Made by a program: the position numbers and the translations under genes | Shown here: positions 16,082 through 24,392 of the stretch, in pieces | Layout: each line of letters starts with the position of its first letter | How positions within the stretch are numbered: position 1 is the stretch's first letter | Source: Escherichia phage aaroes | Sequence record: NC_049826.1 | Direction: 5' to 3' (one strand) | DNA: 51,662 bases | The notes under the pieces: generated by a model | What the model was told of the DNA's origin: nothing | Database searches by the model: none | The model's input: the letters and a program-made list of their open reading frames with translations, nothing else

Positions 16082-16369
16082 ATGGCTAAAAGCTATCATA
16101 AAATGTTGATTAACGCATTCGAAAAGGCAGCGCTTGAGCGTGGTTGGAATGACTCATTTCACACAGCAAACTGCATCAGACGTTACGGATTCAAGAATTG
16201 CCGCTCATGGGCGCGTGAAATGGCTTCATGGTATGATTTCGATGCGCATTACCTTGATATGGATTGCGCGCTGGTTGAAATGATTGAGCAGGCAGCGCTA
16301 GAGGATCGACCATTGACGCAATCTGATTTTGATGATTTTGTTCGCGATGAAATCTATTACATGAGCTAA
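16082..16369 (+). CDS. hypothetical protein (95 aa)
   Basis: AGGAGGAAACAAATG RBS; stop TAA-TAG runs into the repeat core. Confidence 0.5.
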   Translation: MAKSYHKMLINAFEKAALERGWNDSFHTANCIRRYGFKNCRSWAREMASWYDFDAHYLDMDCALVEMIEQAALEDRPLTQSDFDDFVRDEIYYMS

Positions 16370-16444
16370 TAGCACTTTTTGTTAAAACTTCCGCGAGGGC
16401 ATTTGTTAAAGTGTCCTCATTGAAGCGAAACAGAGGAAAGCACA
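16368..16444 (+). promoter_or_regulatory. early promoter-leader cassette copy
   Basis: AATAGCACTTTTTGTTAAAAC, inverted repeat GAGGGCA...TGTCCTC, leader ATTGAAGCGAAACAGAGGAAAG. Confidence 0.5.
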
Positions 16445-16699
16445 ATGTCAACCTTAAAAGATAAAAATTTTATTGGTCATGTTAGAGTTAAGTTAATCAA
16501 TGTTGACTACAGACCAGATCCAGAATCGCCAACATTGCGCGAGTGGGCCGGATTCGAAAACGGAAAGGAAATGGTTGTCGAGCTTTACAAAGATGGTGAG
16601 ATGTGGGCGATGGCTGGCATTAATCACAACGGCGAATTTGGCGAAGTAAAAGAAACAGATTGGTTTAGTCTTACAGAGAATGAAGCGGAGATTATCTAA
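16445..16699 (+). CDS. hypothetical protein (84 aa)
   Basis: ORF behind the cassette. Confidence 0.5.
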   Translation: MSTLKDKNFIGHVRVKLINVDYRPDPESPTLREWAGFENGKEMVVELYKDGEMWAMAGINHNGEFGEVKETDWFSLTENEAEII

Positions 16700-16932
16700 T
16701 GATCACGATTAACCTTTCAGAGAAGCAAGCATATCAAGTGATGAGCTACATTTCTGGATTTGGTATGGAAGGCGCTATGGGTGAAGTTGCGGATCAGATT
16801 TGCCGTCAACTTACACCAGCACCAACGCGAGCGGCAGAAACTGCCGCATGGCGTAACGAGGCAGGATACATTCAGAAGGCTATTGAAGACTGGAAGCGCA
16901 AAAACGAGACGGCGGAGGATGCTGGATTATGA
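16699..16932 (+). CDS. hypothetical protein (77 aa)
   Basis: Start overlaps upstream stop. Confidence 0.45.
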   Translation: MITINLSEKQAYQVMSYISGFGMEGAMGEVADQICRQLTPAPTRAAETAAWRNEAGYIQKAIEDWKRKNETAEDAGL

Positions 16933-17243
16933 TTTACATTCACTACTACCAGATCGGGACAAACGAGAACAAGAAAGAGCATCGTTTCATTCATGATGAT
17001 TTGGACAAGGCAAAGGCCCAGCAACAGGTTTTAGGCGGTGTCATTCAGGCTTTTGAGCCAGTGGAAGACATAGAGCACCGAGAGCATTTGAAAGAGATTG
17101 TTATTGATGAAATTTCATCACTAATCGACGACATGACAAATCACGGTCCTGGTTCTCCGTGGGAAGAAGCCGGATCGACGGAGTGTGATTGCGCTAAAGT
17201 TGCAACGCTTAACAACTTTCGTGAGTTGCTCGACGATTTTTAA
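16929..17243 (+). CDS. hypothetical protein (104 aa)
   Basis: Start overlaps upstream stop. Confidence 0.45.
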   Translation: MIYIHYYQIGTNENKKEHRFIHDDLDKAKAQQQVLGGVIQAFEPVEDIEHREHLKEIVIDEISSLIDDMTNHGPGSPWEEAGSTECDCAKVATLNNFRELLDDF

Positions 17244-17252
17244 TTAAAATTG

Positions 17253-17298
17253 AATGCCTCATACAGCGAACAGGACGCATTTTGACGAGGCATTTTTT
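17253..17298 (+). terminator. intrinsic terminator
   Basis: Stem AATGCCTC / GAGGCATT with a long loop, then a 6-T run. Confidence 0.55.
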
Positions 17299-17313
17299 AG
17301 GTAAGGTGATTCA

Positions 17314-17442
17314 ATGGATAACTACATAAAACCGTCGCAGTGGTGCGCACAGAAGCAAGAGGAAGCATTAGAACGCGGCGACACTGAAACGGCAATGCAC
17401 TATTTCGAAATGTACAACTTGTGGAAGGGTAGAGGTCTGTAA
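17314..17442 (+). CDS. hypothetical small protein (42 aa)
   Basis: AAGGTG RBS; stop overlaps the next ATG; below the track cutoff. Confidence 0.3.
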   Translation: MDNYIKPSQWCAQKQEEALERGDTETAMHYFEMYNLWKGRGL

Positions 17443-17672
17443 TGTTTGGAATGAACGAGGCACAATTCAACGCTGCAAAACGCCAGGCTAAGAAGTGCGG
17501 CGAGGCAATGAAGGCGGATGTTGAAAAGCGCGGAAAGTATGTTGATGAAGTTATGAAGGGCATTATTGCCGAACATTATCAGCCAGTTGCGCCAATGCTG
17601 ACAATTACCCAATTCATCTGGTTGTGTGGTTATCTTCGTGGGCGATGGGGAAACGCATTTGACCGCGAATGA
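17442..17672 (+). CDS. hypothetical protein (76 aa)
   Basis: ORF coupled to the upstream small ORF. Confidence 0.45.
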   Translation: MFGMNEAQFNAAKRQAKKCGEAMKADVEKRGKYVDEVMKGIIAEHYQPVAPMLTITQFIWLCGYLRGRWGNAFDRE

Positions 17673-17701
17673 TTGACAACAATTTCCTGATTGGTTAACA
17701 T
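17673..17701 (+). promoter_or_regulatory. sigma70-type promoter (TTGACA-17-TAACAT)
   Basis: TTGACA 17673-17678, exact 17-nt spacer, TAACAT 17696-17701. Confidence 0.5.
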
Positions 17702-17764
17702 CTTCTGTGTTTACATAAGAGCGGCGTTAGTGCCGAACGGGTGGCGCGGTTGCCACGCAACAAC

Positions 17765-17806
17765 GGCGATATGCAGGTTTTTACCGTAAGACGTATCGCC
17801 TTTTTT
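17765..17806 (+). terminator. leader terminator/attenuator immediately upstream of an RBS
   Basis: Stem GGCGATA / TATCGCC followed by 6 T, ending 12 nt before ATG 17819. Confidence 0.55.
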
Positions 17807-17818
17807 ATAGGTGGATAT

Positions 17819-18052
17819 ATGGAAAAGTACAAATTAACTTTCATGTTTAATAGTATGGTGATGAATCCCTTAAATGGTTACGCTTGCAATAGCTTTTCTG
17901 TTACCGTGGATGAGGATGGAATTGATGATGATGGTAAATTTATTCAAATAGGTGATTACCTTTATCCTATTCACAATATCAATTGCATCAAACGCGAGAT
18001 CGTAAAAGATGAAGTACAAAGTAAAGCTGACGATCAGGCGAATGGGGCGTAA
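17819..18052 (+). CDS. hypothetical protein (77 aa)
   Basis: AGGTGGA RBS before internal ATG; the track ORF extension covers the leader terminator. Confidence 0.45.
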   Translation: MEKYKLTFMFNSMVMNPLNGYACNSFSVTVDEDGIDDDGKFIQIGDYLYPIHNINCIKREIVKDEVQSKADDQANGA

Positions 18053-18190
18053 TTGCCAGTCATGTAGGCAGGATTTTGAATGCGAGATTTCAGCGCAAAA
18101 TCCTGTTGACGCGATTCAATGTGCTAAAGTTATATCAGGTGCAGATCCAGAGACGCATCAATTTTCAATCAATTTTGTAAGGGAAGTATT

Positions 18191-18424
18191 ATGTTGAACT
18201 TAATTTCTGCTTTTGTTATTGGTTTTGTTCTTGCTGTAATTATTCTGTTTGTCGCATCGGAAAAGATTTGCAAATTTCTTGCTAAGAACGGGAAGTTTGC
18301 AAGCGTGACATGGAATAACAAGATGCAGCGATGGGATGTTCGCGGTCACTATCTGACGATTGGTAGCAAAATCCATCAGCACCTGAAGAATCAAGAAGAT
18401 GAAAAAGTAAAATACAAGTATTGA
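18191..18424 (+). CDS. hypothetical membrane protein (77 aa)
   Basis: N-terminal TM helix (LISAFVIGFVLAVIILFVA). Confidence 0.45.
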   Translation: MLNLISAFVIGFVLAVIILFVASEKICKFLAKNGKFASVTWNNKMQRWDVRGHYLTIGSKIHQHLKNQEDEKVKYKY

Positions 18425-18431
18425 CCAACTA

Positions 18432-18453
18432 CCCGCCAAATGGCGGGTTTTTT
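18432..18453 (+). terminator. intrinsic terminator ending the early block
   Basis: CCCGCC-aaat-GGCGGG followed by a 6-T run. Confidence 0.8.
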
Positions 18454-18503
18454 ATTGCCTGCAATTTGTCTATAATGAGGCTTTGTTATAAGGAGGGCGC
18501 ATT

Positions 18504-19025
18504 ATGGCTAAAAACGTTGAGCCAGCAGTAAAGGCTTGCAATTTTAAAAAACTATATAATAAGCAATATGGCGATATTGCAAAAATGACAAAGGCGCACA
18601 AGTACACGCCGGAACAGGTGTTTGATCTGGCTGTGCGTTACTTTACGTGGGCCGAGGAAAACCATATACAGGCTGCGGAAACTGCATCCTTTCAGGGTGA
18701 TGTATACGAAAGCAAGATTCACAAGCCGCGCGTGTTCACCTTAAATGGATTCCGCTTATTCGCTGGGCTTTCTGCTTCCGTTCTTGAAAAATGGCGACGC
18801 GAGCCAGGATTCAGCGATGTTATGGACTTTATCGACGGCGTTGTTTACGAGCAAAAATTCCAGCTTGCCGCAAACAATATTGTTAACGCCGGATTCATTG
18901 GTAAAGAGATCGGCATTGAAAAGCCAGCAACCGTAACCATTGAGAATAACACAAGCGCAAGCGTTGACGCTGTAACGGCGGAGGAAGTCAAAGAGGCGGT
19001 AATTGACATTCTGGAGAAGATATAA
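18504..19025 (+). CDS. terS: terminase small subunit
   Basis: 173-aa ORF immediately upstream of and overlapping TerL; strong RBS GGAGGG; call rests on position and size. Confidence 0.6.
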   Translation: MAKNVEPAVKACNFKKLYNKQYGDIAKMTKAHKYTPEQVFDLAVRYFTWAEENHIQAAETASFQGDVYESKIHKPRVFTLNGFRLFAGLSASVLEKWRREPGFSDVMDFIDGVVYEQKFQLAANNIVNAGFIGKEIGIEKPATVTIENNTSASVDAVTAEEVKEAVIDILEKI

Positions 19026-20593
19026 TGCTGATTTGGGAAGACTTAACAGCGGCGCAAAAACGCGCCGTTAAGGAAATGAGCGAATATTCATTCGAAAAGA
19101 TGATCCGCATTTGGTTTCAACTTCTCCAGGGGCAAAGGTTCTTAGGAAACTGGCATTTCAGTTACCTATGTAGCGAAGTTGAAAAAATCATCAAAGGAGA
19201 GTCACAGAATGTAATTTTCAACATAACGCCAGGCAGCGGTAAAACAGAGATATTCTCGATCCATATGTCGCCTTACGCGTCATTGAAAAGTAAGAAGGTG
19301 CGAAATCTTAATCTTTCGTTTAGTGATGGCCTTGTCCAGCAGAATAGCAACCGCATTAAGGAGATTATTGGTTCTCCAGAATGGCAGGAGCTATGGCCTG
19401 GAAAGCTGGTAAAGGCAAGCGCAAAGGATCTGATTGTAACCGATGGCGGCAAGGTTAAATTGCAAGTTAACTCGCGATCTATAGGTGGTCAGGTTACTGG
19501 TCTGCGTGGCGGTTACATGGACGATGGATTTACTGGTATGCTGGTTCTTGACGATCCAGACAAGCCGGATGACATGCTTTCTAAGGTAAAGCGCGAAGCC
19601 GGACACATGCGCCTAAAGAACACAGTGCGATCGCGTCGAATGAAGGACACAACGCCCATCGTAATGGTCCAGCAACGGCTACACGTCAATGATTCAACAT
19701 GGTTCATGACAAACGGAGGTATGGGCGGCATCCAGTTTAAGGTTGTTAGCATTCCGGCGCTCGTTACTAAGGAATATCGCGAAACGCTTCCTGATTGGTT
19801 AAAGCCTGAGTTTGATCGCGATGTTTTGTCAAGTAAGCCAGTGATGATTGATGGAGTTGCTCATTATTCATTCTGGCCTGCTAAGGAAAGCGCGGAGGAA
19901 TTGCTTGCGCTTCGAAATGCTGATCCGTACACGTTCGCTAGTCAGTATCAGCAACAGCCTGTTGCGCTTGGCGGTAACGTGTTTAAAACAGAGTGGTTTC
20001 AGTATTACGGAAGCAGTGAGAAATGCACACTACCAAAACCGGATCGCTTTGAATACACATTTATCACGGTTGATACCGCGCAGAAAACAGGGGAGCTTAA
20101 CGACTATTCCGTGATCTGTTATTGGGGGATGTATAAAGATCGTGTTTACTTCATTGATGGCGTTCGCGGAAAATGGGAAGCACCGGACCTTGAGACGAAT
20201 TTTGTTGCATTCGTTAATCAGTGCTGGAAGCGCAATAAAGAATGCGGAACATTGCGAAGGATTCATGTTGAAGATAAGTCGTCTGGCACTGGCTTGATTC
20301 AGAGTGCAGCGAAAAAAATCATGATAAAGATCAATCCAGTTCAGCGTGATAAAGACAAGGTTACTCGTGCAATGGACGCAGCACCAGTAATGCGCGCCGG
20401 ACGCGTGGCACTTCCAGAATCGCATCCTATGCTGGCTGAGATACTAGCTGAAGTTGCGGCGTTTACATTCGATGATAGCCATCCTCATGATGATATTGTT
20501 GATAACATCATTGATGCGGTTAACATTGAAATGAACATGGCAGATGATCCGGTTGGAAGAATGAAAAAATTGGCAGGCTTGCGGAACAAATAG
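19025..20593 (+). CDS. terL: terminase large subunit
   Basis: 522 aa; Walker A ITPGSGKTE, Walker B LVLDDPD, acidic nuclease-like C-terminal half. Confidence 0.85.
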   Translation: MLIWEDLTAAQKRAVKEMSEYSFEKMIRIWFQLLQGQRFLGNWHFSYLCSEVEKIIKGESQNVIFNITPGSGKTEIFSIHMSPYASLKSKKVRNLNLSFSDGLVQQNSNRIKEIIGSPEWQELWPGKLVKASAKDLIVTDGGKVKLQVNSRSIGGQVTGLRGGYMDDGFTGMLVLDDPDKPDDMLSKVKREAGHMRLKNTVRSRRMKDTTPIVMVQQRLHVNDSTWFMTNGGMGGIQFKVVSIPALVTKEYRETLPDWLKPEFDRDVLSSKPVMIDGVAHYSFWPAKESAEELLALRNADPYTFASQYQQQPVALGGNVFKTEWFQYYGSSEKCTLPKPDRFEYTFITVDTAQKTGELNDYSVICYWGMYKDRVYFIDGVRGKWEAPDLETNFVAFVNQCWKRNKECGTLRRIHVEDKSSGTGLIQSAAKKIMIKINPVQRDKDKVTRAMDAAPVMRAGRVALPESHPMLAEILAEVAAFTFDDSHPHDDIVDNIIDAVNIEMNMADDPVGRMKKLAGLRNK

Positions 20594-20619
20594 CACGAAT
20601 TGCTAAAAGAAAGTATAAT
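20589..20619 (+). promoter_or_regulatory. repeat-core copy at the TerL/portal junction followed by TATAAT
   Basis: AATAGCACGAATTGCTAAAAG with the TerL stop TAG inside it; TATAAT 20614-20619 sits just before a terminator hairpin. Confidence 0.4.
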
Positions 20620-20623
20620 CAAA

Positions 20624-20647
20624 GGCTGGTAAATCCAGCCTTTTTTA
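20624..20647 (+). terminator. intrinsic terminator
   Basis: GGCTGG-taaat-CCAGCC plus a 6-T run. Confidence 0.8.
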
Positions 20648-20661
20648 TTGGAGGAAAGATA

Positions 20662-21942
20662 ATGAGTAAATCACGAATCGTTAAGGCTGACGGCTATAAC
20701 GAGATCTTTAAAGGCGAGAATTGCAAATCGCGAGTAGAACAACCATTCTACATGCAATCAATGCCATACAAGACGCTTGCTGACTTTTACGAAAAAGATG
20801 GCCTGGCAAAAAGGATTATTGACGTAGTACCAGAGGAAATGGTTTCCCCTGGCTTTACTGTTGACGGCGTGGCAGACGAGGCTGCATTCCGTTCTTTGTG
20901 GGATGAAAAGCGATTGAATGCAAAAATTATTGATGCGCTTTGCTGGTCGCGTTTGTTTGGCGGATCTGCAATCATTGCTCTTGTTCAGGATGGGCGAGCA
21001 CTCAAATCACCTGTAAAGCCTGGCGCTGTGCTGGAAGATGTTCGCGTTTACGATCGTTATCAGATTCGCGTTGAAGCGCGCGAAACTAATCCCCGCAAGG
21101 TTCGCTATGGTGAGCCAGTGCTTTACACTGTAACGCCAGGCGGAGACTTGCCGGAATACCAGGTACATTACACGCGCGTTTGCATTATCGACGGTGAGCG
21201 GATACCTAACGCAAAGCGACGCAGCAATGATGGCTGGGGTGAGTCAGTTCTTAACAAGCGACTTGTTGAGGCTATTGTTGATTATAACTATTGTGAAACA
21301 TTGGCAACGCAATTATTGCGGAGGAAACAACAGGCGGTATGGAAGGCTAAAGGACTTGCTGACTTGTGCGATGATGAGGAAGGCGTTAGCGCAGCACGTC
21401 TGAGACTTGCGCAGGTTGACGATGAGGGTGGCGTAGGTAGGGCCATTGGTATTGATGCTGAGGATGAGGAATATGATGTTCTTAACTCTGACATTAGCGG
21501 CGTTGATTCTTTCTTGGAAAAGAAAATGGATCGCATAGTTTCCCTTTCAGGTATTCATGAAATCATCCTGAAAAATAAAAACGTTGGCGGCGTTAGCGCA
21601 AGCCAAAACACGGCGCTTGAAACATTCTATAAGCTGATTGAACGAAAACGCGTTGAGGATTACAAGCCTATCCTTGAATTTCTATTGCCGTTCATCATTA
21701 GCGAGCAGGAGTGGAGCATTGAGTTTTCACCTTTGAGCGTACCTAGCGATAAAGATCAGGCTGAAATTCTGAATAAGAATATCGACTCAATCAGCAAGGC
21801 TATTGATGGTCAGTTCCTTGATGTTGAAGAGGCGCGCGACACGTTGCGAGCAATCGCCCCAAGCGTTAAACTAAAGGACACTAATAAAATAAAGCTGCCG
21901 GAGCCATCGGAGCCGGAGCCAGGCACACAGGGGAATGAGTAA
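20662..21942 (+). CDS. portal protein
   Basis: 426-aa ORF directly after TerL with an acidic C-terminus; call rests on position and size. Confidence 0.65.
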   Translation: MSKSRIVKADGYNEIFKGENCKSRVEQPFYMQSMPYKTLADFYEKDGLAKRIIDVVPEEMVSPGFTVDGVADEAAFRSLWDEKRLNAKIIDALCWSRLFGGSAIIALVQDGRALKSPVKPGAVLEDVRVYDRYQIRVEARETNPRKVRYGEPVLYTVTPGGDLPEYQVHYTRVCIIDGERIPNAKRRSNDGWGESVLNKRLVEAIVDYNYCETLATQLLRRKQQAVWKAKGLADLCDDEEGVSAARLRLAQVDDEGGVGRAIGIDAEDEEYDVLNSDISGVDSFLEKKMDRIVSLSGIHEIILKNKNVGGVSASQNTALETFYKLIERKRVEDYKPILEFLLPFIISEQEWSIEFSPLSVPSDKDQAEILNKNIDSISKAIDGQFLDVEEARDTLRAIAPSVKLKDTNKIKLPEPSEPEPGTQGNE

Positions 21943-22706
21943 TGAAAGTGAATGGCGTCGTTAAACAATGGCGCTTTCCTGAAGCAAGCGAGCGGCAATT
22001 TAGCCGCTCAATTCAGGAGGCAATTAGAGATCTTGTGGTTCTCATGCGCAAGCGTACAAAAGCGATGAAGTTTGACGCAACAGATAATGAGATCAACAGC
22101 GCAGAAGATGAAATTAACAGCCTGGCAACTGACCTTATAGCTGGCATTGTTTCCACTCTTCCTGCAATCGCGTTGACCATCTATAAATTCAATGCGAAGC
22201 AGTTCATAAATGTTGCCAAGTCAACTGGCGGAAAGGATAACACGGCGGTAATTGTTTTGATCGCGGTTGGCGCTAACGCTAACGAGGAGTGGTATCATAC
22301 GCTTTACGGGCAATGGCACGGACTTACAGAATCATCGCTAAGGAAATTGTTCACAAACATTGCGTCTGACTGGTCAACAAACATTCGCAATGCAAACTTT
22401 CGTGGAAGCAATGATAAACAGGTTAATGATCTTGCAGAAAAGAGATTTGCTGTTTATAGCTCCTGGGGTAAAACGAGATCAGAAAACATTATCGGCGCGT
22501 GGAATAGTCGCCTGATGCGCCAGCGCCTTTATGATGCTAAAGTAACTCATTATTTCTGGCATGGAATGTTAGATGATAGAGAGCGCTTGCAGCATGTGTT
22601 ATGGGAAGGTAAAAGAATAGCTCTTGATGCAATTCATGATTTCCCTGGTGAGCCGTGGGGTTGCCGTTGCTGGGCGATTCCAGATTGGAATAGTAAAGGA
22701 GAGTAA
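21942..22706 (+). CDS. head morphogenesis protein (Mu F / SPP1 gp7-like)
   Basis: Position after portal; C-terminal GMLDDRERLQHVLWEG block resembles the Mu F family signature as I recall it. Confidence 0.55.
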   Translation: MKVNGVVKQWRFPEASERQFSRSIQEAIRDLVVLMRKRTKAMKFDATDNEINSAEDEINSLATDLIAGIVSTLPAIALTIYKFNAKQFINVAKSTGGKDNTAVIVLIAVGANANEEWYHTLYGQWHGLTESSLRKLFTNIASDWSTNIRNANFRGSNDKQVNDLAEKRFAVYSSWGKTRSENIIGAWNSRLMRQRLYDAKVTHYFWHGMLDDRERLQHVLWEGKRIALDAIHDFPGEPWGCRCWAIPDWNSKGE

Positions 22707-22709
22707 TTA

Positions 22710-23822
22710 ATGAAGGCAAAACAAAGATTTGATAGCGTCAAGGTTAAAGCGCATTTTGATGATAATGGCTTTTTAGTGGATCGCCCAATTGTGGCGCGAA
22801 TTGGCTTACAGGAGTATCACACACCGTATGGAATCAGACGAGAGTTCAGACCAGCGTCCGAGGTGTTCAAAGCTGATTCCCTTGCCACGTTCGCAGGCAA
22901 GCCGATAACTATCGGTCACGTAACGGTAACACCGGACAATGCGGATCAGGTTGTTGTTGGTTCATGCGCTGGTGCTGGTGTTCCAAATGGTGTTGGCGTT
23001 GAAGTTCCGTTAAGCATTTACTCAAAGCGAGCAATTGAGAGCGCAAAAAAGAAAGACACAGCCGAAATTTCAGTTGGTTACACATCCATTGATATTGATA
23101 AGCCAGGCTGGGGCAACAATAAAACTGGTGATTACTTATTTGAGGAAGACATTAAAGAAGACTGGAAGCCTGATTCTCCTGATTGGGTCAAATTTGACGC
23201 CATTCAGACGAATATCCGTGTCAACCACATTGCGCTTGTCTTTCGTGGTCGTGCTGGCATTGCCAAATTAAATCTTGATAGTGAACAAGATTTTCCGTAT
23301 AGTGACGAGATTCTAAATGACAAAGGAGATGAGGAAATGACAGTAAAAATTAAACTTGATGGCGCGGTAGAATTTGATGTTCCAAAGGCCGTTGCTGATC
23401 ATATTGAGGTGTTAAAGGCAGATGCAAAAGCTGCAACCGAAAAAGCTGATGGCCTTGAGGCCGAGCGCGACGCCCTGAAAACTAAAGTCGATGGCATTCC
23501 GGCGCAGATTGCAGAAGCTGTTAAGAAGGCAAAGACTGACGCAGAAGAACACGCCAAGCTAGTTGCAGATGCAACTGAAATTGGCATCAAGTGTGACGGC
23601 TTGGACGCTAAAGCGATCAAAGTTGCTTACGTCAAAGAAGTCACTGGCGCTGATATTTCAGAAAAAGCCGACGCATATATTGAAACAGCTTTTGACCTTG
23701 CGAAGCAGTCTGATAAAATGGCGGCGCAGCGTAAATATGTTAAGGGCGATTCTTTCGAATCTGGCAAGAGTGAAAAAACCGACTCCCTTGATCCGACTGC
23801 GCGTTTGAAAAAACTTAAATAA
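22710..23822 (+). CDS. scaffolding-like protein (possible protease-scaffold fusion)
   Basis: C-terminal half is a charged Ala/Lys/Glu coiled coil; sits between morphogenesis and capsid genes. Confidence 0.45.
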   Translation: MKAKQRFDSVKVKAHFDDNGFLVDRPIVARIGLQEYHTPYGIRREFRPASEVFKADSLATFAGKPITIGHVTVTPDNADQVVVGSCAGAGVPNGVGVEVPLSIYSKRAIESAKKKDTAEISVGYTSIDIDKPGWGNNKTGDYLFEEDIKEDWKPDSPDWVKFDAIQTNIRVNHIALVFRGRAGIAKLNLDSEQDFPYSDEILNDKGDEEMTVKIKLDGAVEFDVPKAVADHIEVLKADAKAATEKADGLEAERDALKTKVDGIPAQIAEAVKKAKTDAEEHAKLVADATEIGIKCDGLDAKAIKVAYVKEVTGADISEKADAYIETAFDLAKQSDKMAAQRKYVKGDSFESGKSEKTDSLDPTARLKKLK

Positions 23823-23834
23823 GGAGAAATAAAC

Positions 23835-24347
23835 ATGGCTACAATTGGAGCAAGTTATTTTGCTGTAATGTCTCGTGCGTTACCTGGTCAGGTGTCTGAC
23901 ACTTCAGCTTATAATATTGATGGCGCTTGTGTTCTTGAGAATGCGGAAGGCAACCAGAACAAAAACATTTTTGTTGGTGTTGCAGTCCAGCATGGCGGCG
24001 TTGATGCTATGGGCAATAAGCTAATTAAGCCGATGGCGGCAAGCGGCAAGGCTTACGGTGTTGCAATTCGATCCCACTTCCAGACTACTTCTGCTGACGG
24101 TCGAATGATTTATGAATCTGGCGGCGGAATCAACGTAATGACTGAAGGGCGTGTTTGGATGTTGGCTAAAGACGCCACCGCTCCAGCGTTCGGAACTACA
24201 ATCAAACTGTCTGATGATGGTCAGGTTGATACCACGTCTGGCACTATCGAAACAAACTGGATCGCGACTGGTGATTTCACCAAGTTTCAAGACTTGAAGC
24301 TGGTAGAGGTTCAGGTGCAAAAAGTTCCGGTAGTTCCAGCAGGTTAA
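23835..24347 (+). CDS. head-associated structural protein, paralog A (possible decoration protein)
   Basis: Shares blocks with the next ORF (GRVWMLAKDATAPAFG vs GSVWCLTSESEAPEYG); strong RBS. Confidence 0.45.
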   Translation: MATIGASYFAVMSRALPGQVSDTSAYNIDGACVLENAEGNQNKNIFVGVAVQHGGVDAMGNKLIKPMAASGKAYGVAIRSHFQTTSADGRMIYESGGGINVMTEGRVWMLAKDATAPAFGTTIKLSDDGQVDTTSGTIETNWIATGDFTKFQDLKLVEVQVQKVPVVPAG

Positions 24348-24354
24348 TAAATAT

Positions 24355-24378
24355 GGCGCTCAGTGAGCGCCTTTTTTA
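24355..24378 (+). terminator. intrinsic terminator between the two paralogs
   Basis: GGCGC-tcagtga-GCGCC then 6 T. Confidence 0.75.
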
Positions 24379-24392
24379 TATTTGGAGTTCTC

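Noticed and set aside
3165-16444. Could the ~21-bp repeats be a CRISPR array or part of an integron-like attC array?
   Set aside because: Copies are 250-1600 bp apart with protein-coding ORFs, RBSs and stop codons between them, there is no regular short spacer periodicity, and copies occur on both strands following gene orientation; no cas or integrase gene is present.
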